Source: Iphione sp. A-MEVVRFRX5 (taxonomy: Eukaryota). Taken from it: a stretch of DNA of 64,000 bases. Below are positions 56,430 through 64,000 of this stretch, in pieces. The stretch lies in contig OZ320314.1 in NCBI GenBank assembly GCA_976226885.1, positions 100,378,001 through 100,442,000 on the forward strand, read 5' to 3'. How positions within the stretch are numbered: position 1 is the first letter of the stretch; the number at the start of each line of letters is the position of its first letter. The notes beneath the pieces are model-generated. The model saw nothing but the letters and a program-made list of their open reading frames with translations, had not been told where the DNA came from and made no database searches. Both the position numbers and the translations under genes were made by a program.

Positions 56430-56640
56430 CTAGTTGCCTGACAGTCGTTGTCGATCCTTCTAGCTTGTCGACAAATTGGAGGAGTACGTTTTCGACGACT
56501 GACTTGGCATTGGACGTAGAAGCAGAGAGTCTAAAGTCATGGGGCGTGCCCCGCAACCAGCCACGCCTGACCGGGGTTTGTGTTCGCATGCGCAACGACC
56601 GATGGTGCTGCCATCAAAGTTCCACTGGGGAAATAGTGAG
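56430..56640 (-). pseudogene. Frameshifted remnant of a DIRS-type tyrosine recombinase C-terminus
   Basis: One frame reads STIGRCACEHKPRSGVAGCGAR. After a 1-nt frameshift near 56544 the next frame reads PHDFRLSASTSNAKS...EGST. This follows the DIRS YR pattern STIARW-(16 aa, with xSGI)-PHSTRSASTSxAK...EST, with the same 16-residue spacing. The catalytic FY/Tyr is absent. Confidence 0.4.
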
Positions 56641-59600
56641 TGTCCTAGAGACCCCTGGTACCATTGACATCGGGCCATTGTCCAAACCGTCATCCTGAGA
56701 CGGGTCTTAATATTTTTATTTTTGCTGTAATAAAATCACACAATTTAACTACCCCATCCTGTGTGCCTTTTGTGATAAATTTTATAATATTGATAAATAT
56801 TACCGCCTTTTTCATTCACTAGCTATTTTGTTTTGCAAAATGGCACAATGAATGCGATAAAACCGTTCAGATGCACCCAGTCTCATCAAGTAAAGTGCCG
56901 TCTTATGAACATTCCATTTTTTTCTGACATTCCAATGGAAAAATAGACAGGTCGATTAAAACCCTTTCTAGAGAGGCCGTCATTAGTGATTATCATGAAG
57001 AACACATGCTTACTGCACTAGCAAATAGCAGAGCATTCCAGGTTTTTCCAGGGAAAAACTATAAAAGCAGTCCACTCAGACGTGAACCTCATCTAGACGG
57101 TAGCCGATGCGCATGCGCCTCGACAATTGACAGTCCACTGATAACTACAATTAACCCACGCTGAGTTCTTTTGATGTAGATTCTCCCATCCTTTGAGTGA
57201 TGTTTGTCAGGTGGCGATAACTAGGTGGAGATAATTATGGATGATGACTGTCTAGAGTATGACGGTTTGGCTGAAACCTGTGGTGCTACCGTAGTTTAGT
57301 GTCGATATATCCCAGTCACTCCTGTCTTGACAATGTCTCTACTAGGTTCTAAAGAACCCTTTAAGGACGGGTAACGCCCGGAGGCATTACCAGGCTAGGG
57401 TGGGCAATGCTCTGAGGCATTGCCTCAAAAACACTTTCCTTCTCACTAGAAATATTCATGATACATTTGCGGTTAACTATTTCCTTAACATTTAAACCAA
57501 GCAAACCTTAACATGCATGTTCTATACAATATTTTTGATTACAGGGTAATTTTAAAGAATAATTACTATATGATGATGAATGGGCCGCCCTCAATGAAGA
57601 ATTTAGACAGCTGTATCTCCTGCCATATACTTATTAACAATACATCAATGTGAATCGCTTATCTATTCCAACAACATATTTTCAACAAAATCCAAGTAAA
57701 GGGAAGCTTATCTTGAAATTATTAGGGAAAAGGAACATTTTTACGATGTATCTTGAACCCCGTCCCATTGTATATTTTTGTGAACCGTCCTTCTCTTATC
57801 ATATGCATGCATATGTACCGTTACATCTATTCACCGAGATACTCTAGACGCCAGTCTTTTTTTTTGGGGGGGGGGGGTCTATTTCGTCTTTTCCTGTGAC
57901 TAATCCGCTATTTTTTCCTATTTTCATGCACTGTATAGTTTCTATCTCATACTTGAAAGTCATAATCCAGACGATTGAGCGAAGAAGAAATCAGCTCGTT
58001 GTTGGCCTCCCTTTCATGACAAGGAACGAGTTTTTTCGTGACTGCCTTCCCATTACTAATCCTCTCCTTCTGGTTTTCCAGACCGACTCGTTATTTGTCG
58101 CAGTAATACCACACGTTTCTGGCTTCCTAGCCAATTACCCTCACCATGTGTTATGTGTGCAGCACCTCTAATTGGTGTTTTGAGAGTCTCTTAGGCCGGC
58201 CAATTTTCGAAGCAGGGTAGGAACACACGTGTACGAATGCTACATGCTGCAAAACATAAATGGATATACACAAAAATCATGACTTTGCTAGAGAAAATAT
58301 GACTAAATGCACCGATTCATGTATGTTGTAGATAGCAGTATTTTTATTTCTTAAGAAATCTACAAGGAGGATTTTGTCGACCTGTCAGACTGTGCCCCAT
58401 CGGCGACCAAAATAAAGTTAATATTGAGTTACATACATTTCTACATACACACATGCACAGATGAACGTTGTATGACTCAGAGATTCATACTAATGTGGAA
58501 TCTTCTCTTCATCAGCTATTTGACGTACGGCTGAGTCAAAAAACAAACCTCTTGATATTGTGCTAAGTCGTCCTTCTTAATGCCTTTCCTATTTAATAGA
58601 CTGCAGATGGAAAATGCCTAAGGTTATCCTGCCTCCAGTTAGATATAGAGTAGAAGCGAACTAATCTAGGGGGCCTTCTTGTCAGGGTCTGTTCATACAC
58701 TGGGAAATTTGACATTCCTTTACTTGAAGAGTTAGCGGAATGATGAACTAGGTAGAATGATTGGATGATGAGAGCATCAAGTCAACGAATTTGGAATGGT
58801 AAAGAAGCATGGTAGATGTCAAAAGGGAAAAATGTAAACGTGTTCCTTGTCGGAATGAGAAGGAGGAAGGAATGAGAGCAGTAGTTTATAAGGCCATAAA
58901 AATGTAAATGTGAAAAGGAATACGTTTAAGAGAGATGAGAACGTATATCACAGAGGTACAGCAAGGTCTAGGAGCCTATCTCCATTCAGTACCACTAGGG
59001 CGGGTCGTGTCAGGCATCTAGTAATTAATAGATTAATCAAGGAGATTCACGCTGCCGCGTCAGGCTGTCGGCGCCTTGCTCGGTGTGAATGGACGGAACA
59101 AAGGCAAGGTCGTGGTCTGAATGTTAGTGCCCATCCTAGTGTTGTCCCCTGTCAGACAGCCTCCTCACAGTCTGTGTTTTACAACAGCATGCAATACAGC
59201 CGTTCCAAGTAATGCATGCATATATATACATCATATATTAACGCGGTTAGAATAGATTATCATATCATAAGAATGCCTAGGTGATTTTTAAAGCCGACAT
59301 TGTGGTCAATGTCTTGTACTGATGGGTCGGTTGTTCACCACTCCTCTATTTGGTCAAACTGTAAGTGCAGTTGTTTCAGTGCTCTAAAACAAACACACAT
59401 AGCTAAAGCAAACGGCGGTACAAATGCGGTATATTTTGTTTAAATTATTATACAGATTCATGAGCCACATTCTTGTCTTGTCGTCATTTCTGGATAATAT
59501 GCACTAATGACCTCAATATAGATTTTAAAACATCTTTTGATGAGCATTCAATAGTATCACTAATATGTTCCTTTGGCGAGAACAGGTGCACGTCGAGAAT

Positions 59601-62450
59601 TCAGTGAATTGGCCTGCCTGTACGTCCCCGGGGGGGGGGGGGGATGTTCCACTCTTTCAGGCGGTTGCCTTAAGGGGCGGGGGTGGGGTTGGAAGAAGGA
59701 GGGCCTAGGTTTTCAGATGCTACCTGAGGTGAAGCCCTTCAGACAAGGGCCATCAGAAGAAGAGCTTCTGCAGAGGATGCATCTATTGGCACCGTCTCAG
59801 AGAGGTCATTTTTAGCGATGGGTGCTTTACATAATCATAAGTGCTGCCTACCTTTCCAACTTATGATCGTCTTTTATGGAACCTAGGTGGCCCTACTGAT
59901 CTCCGATTATCACTTCTTTATCGTCAGTATCCTACTGGGAATTCTTGTTCGCATTCCGGCATATGACACTTAATGCAACTGTAAATTCACATTTTCTTAC
60001 TGCCAACATTGGGATGATATACAGAAAGTACGATCAAATACATGTATATCATATTATCGTGATTAGAAGGATAATATGATAAAAATACACGTTCTACCGT
60101 GAACATTGTTATATACAACAAACATGGGGTATACTACACAATCCTGGTTGATACTGATTTATTTCCTGGAAAATATCATTTTATGTCTGATTGGTTAATA
60201 TTCATAAGGACTGTGTGATTTAAGCGAAATAAAATGTGAAGAAATAAGAGAGTAATTGTTTCCTATCATTTTGTTTTGAGTAAATAAGGTACGAGAATGT
60301 TGTTAATGGAAATAATGGATTATGGAAATAACAAACCAATAGATTCTTGCTCAGCTTCCATTTTATTGCAGAGGGCCGTAAATTTAGCTGGCACTCAACA
60401 GGCAACGGACAGGTGAGTACGACAAGGAAACATGCTCCTGGTTTACCTACTGATGATAATCAAAGAATAATCATACAGCTTCGACGCAAAGGTGATTCGT
60501 TCCGGCCATTGGTGACCCAGCGATACAAGACGTAATATCTTGACAATTGTCCATGTTATAATGAAGTTATCACCACAGTCGTAATCAACACAAACGCTTG
60601 TATTAGACATTATTCCATTATCATGGCCAATCTTTGTTAGAGTACATAAAAAATTACACTGTCTACTGCTGAAGCAATTAACGCAGCATTCTATAACCTA
60701 GTTGTGTTACAATGTCTTTCTATGTATTCTTTTTAATTTTGGATCCTGAAACCTTGTTTGCATATCAAAAGGAAGGCAAGAAGCCATGTTGTCTGTAATA
60801 TTTTTATGTACATATATAATTACATCCATACCAAATGCTGCTTTAGCAGGAAACACTATGAAAAGAATTGTCCTAGCCACAAGTTCATGTTGCTGGCACT
60901 GTTAGGGGTGACTGGCATATTTCGCTGCAATCTGTCTGTATACAGGAGGTATCGGTCAATTGTTATTGATAAAAGGAAAACGAGTCCACATTTCATTGCA
61001 CGTGTAACGATACTTCTGAGAAATAAACGGGAACGTGATAGATCTACCTCTGATTTTCGGTTCTGTGGACGACCGATGCTATAGATCCTTTCGAATAGAT
61101 ACTATTGAGATCATAACAACTTGCATGGGAATGAGAAATTTACTAATCGAATGTATCTAAGTGATATTCCAGGACGAGTTTAATGATGCTAAAATGGTTG
61201 TCATTGATGATGTATTTCCATGCCAATCATATCACAACAACAATCACTATCGTAGAAGGAAAGACTGACGGACCAGAGGTTGTAACTGGTACTTAAACAT
61301 CAAGGGATCAATCAGTCGAAAGTTTCTAAAGAAAATATAAGAATATTCAGGGACACACATGATGAGAGACTAAAAATGCCCAATATTTTTCTTAGGTCTT
61401 CATGTTTTGTAGATCCCGTGTATGACAAACTGAAATATGTAACGGTATAAGGTTAGACGCTAGAACCAAAGTTGCAAAAAAGCCAGAAAAATGCTCATAA
61501 GAATAAGGCCATCCAAAGTCACAGCCGTTTTTACCTGAATCTCAGTAGTCATAATTTTTGTTTAAATCCTGCGATGTTTCCTTAAACATTGGAAGGAGCA
61601 CTCCTTTTACACGTTTCCATTTGTTGATTCATAACGTGGAGGAGCATTCACAGCCTGAAATCCTTAGAAAGAGTATCTGTTGTTGTCAACTCAGAGCGCT
61701 ATGTATTCTGTCAAGATACATGAAAGTTCGATTCACTTTGTGTTTATAGTTCAACTTCATGTATTTGATAATGCAAGTAACGATTCATATAACCATGTGT
61801 AGATAATATGTATGTCTGCCGAAGCGTACATGAACACCTCGATGTGTATCCGTGAAAATAATGTGCACCAAAACTGATAAAACGGCAAGGAACTGCATCG
61901 CTGGATTAACCATGAATATCCAAATATCATTTGAATTTAATATGCATGATTGAAACCATTTGAAAATGTCACAGGAGCTGACCAATGTAAAAGCTGAATC
62001 TACTATAACTGCATTGAAGTACACCAGCATGTTGTGACTGACTGATGACTAACTGATGATGGTACCGCACCCCTCATTGCAATAGCAACCTACGCAAATG
62101 AAACCTACAGCTTTTTTGTGTTTCTGGGTCTTCGGGACATAGAGTAGTTCCATTTACCCCCCCCCCCCCCCGCCAGTCCTCGGACCGACTCAGACTCTAT
62201 AATGTACGCAGTGGCTTTCGCCACCTTGTTTATTATATCGTGTATTCGCTGGTTATCGTACTTCAACAATTACTTATACTACGGCAGTAGTAGCTCTTGT
62301 CTCCATCTAGTGTCTTGGTGTCGAAATGGCTAAACATAATCTCCTTAGTTCCAGGTTATCTCCACAGATGTCCGTCTCCATACCTGCTCCACACATGAAT
62401 GTTTATATGCCAAGTCCGAAACTGGTGGTGGTGGTGGTTTTGGGGGTGCC

Positions 62451-62476
62451 TTTCACTTCATTTCATTTCATTTCAT
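62451..62476 (+). repeat. (TTTCA)n pentamer run, possibly the tail of another minus-strand retroelement
   Basis: tttcacttcatttcatttcatttcat. No coding remnant was recognised next to it. Confidence 0.6.
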
Positions 62477-62586
62477 TGTATCTTTAACTAGGAATATATT
62501 CAGCTATCATTATGAAAGGGTTCGTTCGAATTCCAACCAGAACCGCACTGGGGAAGAAAGATAGACAGACAGCCAGAGAGAAAGAT

Positions 62587-62589
62587 AGA

Positions 62590-62637
<48 letters not shown>
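62587..62637 (+). repeat. Interrupted (GA)n microsatellite
   Basis: GA run inside a wider purine-rich tract (about 62550-62710). Confidence 0.95.
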
Positions 62638-62940
62638 AAATAAATGTGAAAGAAAAATGGAGATGGGAAAGGAAAAAGCGATCTCTCTCATAAAGAATAA
62701 GAAAATAAGAGTCTGGATCCGGCTTACTCTTTATTATGTTGATGCGTCGCAAAGTAAGACGTAGAAGACAGGTCGTTTTGGATTTTCCAGCCAATAGTGA
62801 TCTTACTCAGCATAAGCAGAGGCAATCTTTAGATGTCAACCGACTGTTCAGAGTACAGGCCAGCGCTACATTAGACGCCAAAAAGTTTTGTAAACCGTCC
62901 ATTAAAACATTTCATGCTAGATCCCTGAAACCACAAGCAT

Positions 62941-63400
62941 AATAATAATAATAATAATAATTGTTTTATTGTCTCAAAATTCTCCTGATAGGAGTTCTTC
63001 AAGGTGTGACAGGGAAGGTACATCATACTTTTTTACAAAATTCAAGCATTGTTTTACAATTACGTGTCTCCTTTGGCAGAGTGTTCCACCATATACAACC
63101 GGTTTCGTACAAAGAATTTCTTATGATTCTTTTCTTAGACTTGTACAATAAAATTCTCTTGTTCATTCAAGTTCTTGTTATGTTGTTTTTCCTCATTGTG
63201 ATTTTACCATTAAGTACCAGCTTACATATTAGCTTTTCAGTGACCTTTTTTATTCTATCATCCAATGGATCAATTAGCCCAAGATATGCCAGATTTTGCT
63301 TATTAGTGTTGTTTCTTGTACATAATACAATTCTAGCACATCTGTCATAGGCCTTCTTTAACTTATTTACAAATAATCTATTGGTTCTGTTAGATCCACG
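62941..63400 (-). mobile_element. 3' end of an L2/CR1-type LINE: ORF2 C-terminus, short 3' UTR, AATAAA and (ATT)n tail
   Basis: Hand translation of the minus strand from 63397 gives GSNRTNRLFVNKLKKAYDRCARIVL...LAYLGLIDPLDDRIKK...KLVLNG...NITRT*MNKRILLYKSKKRIIRNSLYETGCIWWNTLPKETRNCKTMLEFCKKV* (final stop at 63023-63025). There is one internal stop. Minus-strand AATAAA is at 62965-62970, followed by the (ATT)n tail at 62941-62962. The supplied ORF track missed it because this frame has no start codon. Confidence 0.8.
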
Positions 63401-64000
63401 ACTCCCTTAAAGATCGACTCCATCGTGAAAACTGGATCGACCAAGCCTAAGCCCTCCGAGCTAACTCGGCATACCCAGTATACCCATCCTGCCTTTCCCT
63501 ATCTCAGGAACATTAACGTTCCTCTCAAATGCATAGTCAGCAAGTCTCCAACATTTCATGACGCAATTTAAAGCAATCCAGGCAGGAGTGAGCAATTCCC
63601 CTCTTTCGCAAGCCCACCTGAAAAGCAGTTACTAGATCAAAGAGAACTCACACCTTGCCATGACTCAATCTGAGAGGGATCCGACAGGTGAGGAATACTT
63701 CTCCCCTTTTTATGGCCCTGTTTATAGGTTTCAAGGCATACATGCCAAATTCCCACCTGTGTAACTCCGGTCCGAATTCCTCCCCGAATGAGCTGAGCTC
63801 GGACACCGGCCCCTTCAAAGAAGCTGGGCCCTTTCTCATCATCCATCTAGTTAGCTTCCCTGCCCATAAAGCAAGCGTTATGACCGTCATGACAGTTTTG
63901 GGTCCCCTTTTAGCTTAAACTGACGTTTATGGTTCTCATCAATCTTCGTCAGAAGATTGTGCAATCTCCAGGGCCCTCATTTGTCTTTTCCTGGAATCCT

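Noticed and set aside
63420-63900. Minus-strand frames with FRW and GILGMP, faintly like L1/Tx1 ORF2
   Set aside because: The spacing is inconsistent with the family, and it cannot be joined to the adjacent L2/CR1-type 3' end.
1-64000. CRISPR arrays, rRNA, tRNA, and prokaryotic operons or defence systems
   Set aside because: I saw no regularly spaced repeat-spacer units, no rRNA or tRNA signatures and no dense coding. The sequence is eukaryotic in character.

Overview
This is eukaryotic, largely non-coding DNA. It alternates AT-rich and GC/CpG-rich blocks of about 0.3-1 kb and has two assembly gaps (139 and 168 N). It also has five long (GA)/(CT) microsatellites, 11 G or C homopolymers of 10 nt or more, and many TACATGTA motifs. 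That composition suggests a marine invertebrate such as an amphioxus or mollusc, but this is inference only. I found no intact protein-coding gene, RNA gene, CRISPR array or operon-like system; nearly all of the supplied ORFs look like chance open frames in GC-rich or low-complexity DNA. The best-supported content is decayed transposons, all on the minus strand. One is an L2/CR1-type LINE remnant running from the RT core to the C-terminus (about 7215-8360). A second LINE 3' end has a WNTLP motif, AATAAA and an (ATT)n tail (about 62941-63400). There is also a weaker CR1-like piece (about 20772-21050) and a frameshifted DIRS-type tyrosine recombinase C-terminus (about 56430-56640). Weaker observations are a BIR-like and a RING-like motif remnant, a CCAAT plus RFX X-box cluster just before a gap, a few hairpins and canonical G-quadruplex motifs. 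I do not see a coherent novel biological system. All protein assignments come from motif recognition by eye and need HMM or BLAST confirmation.
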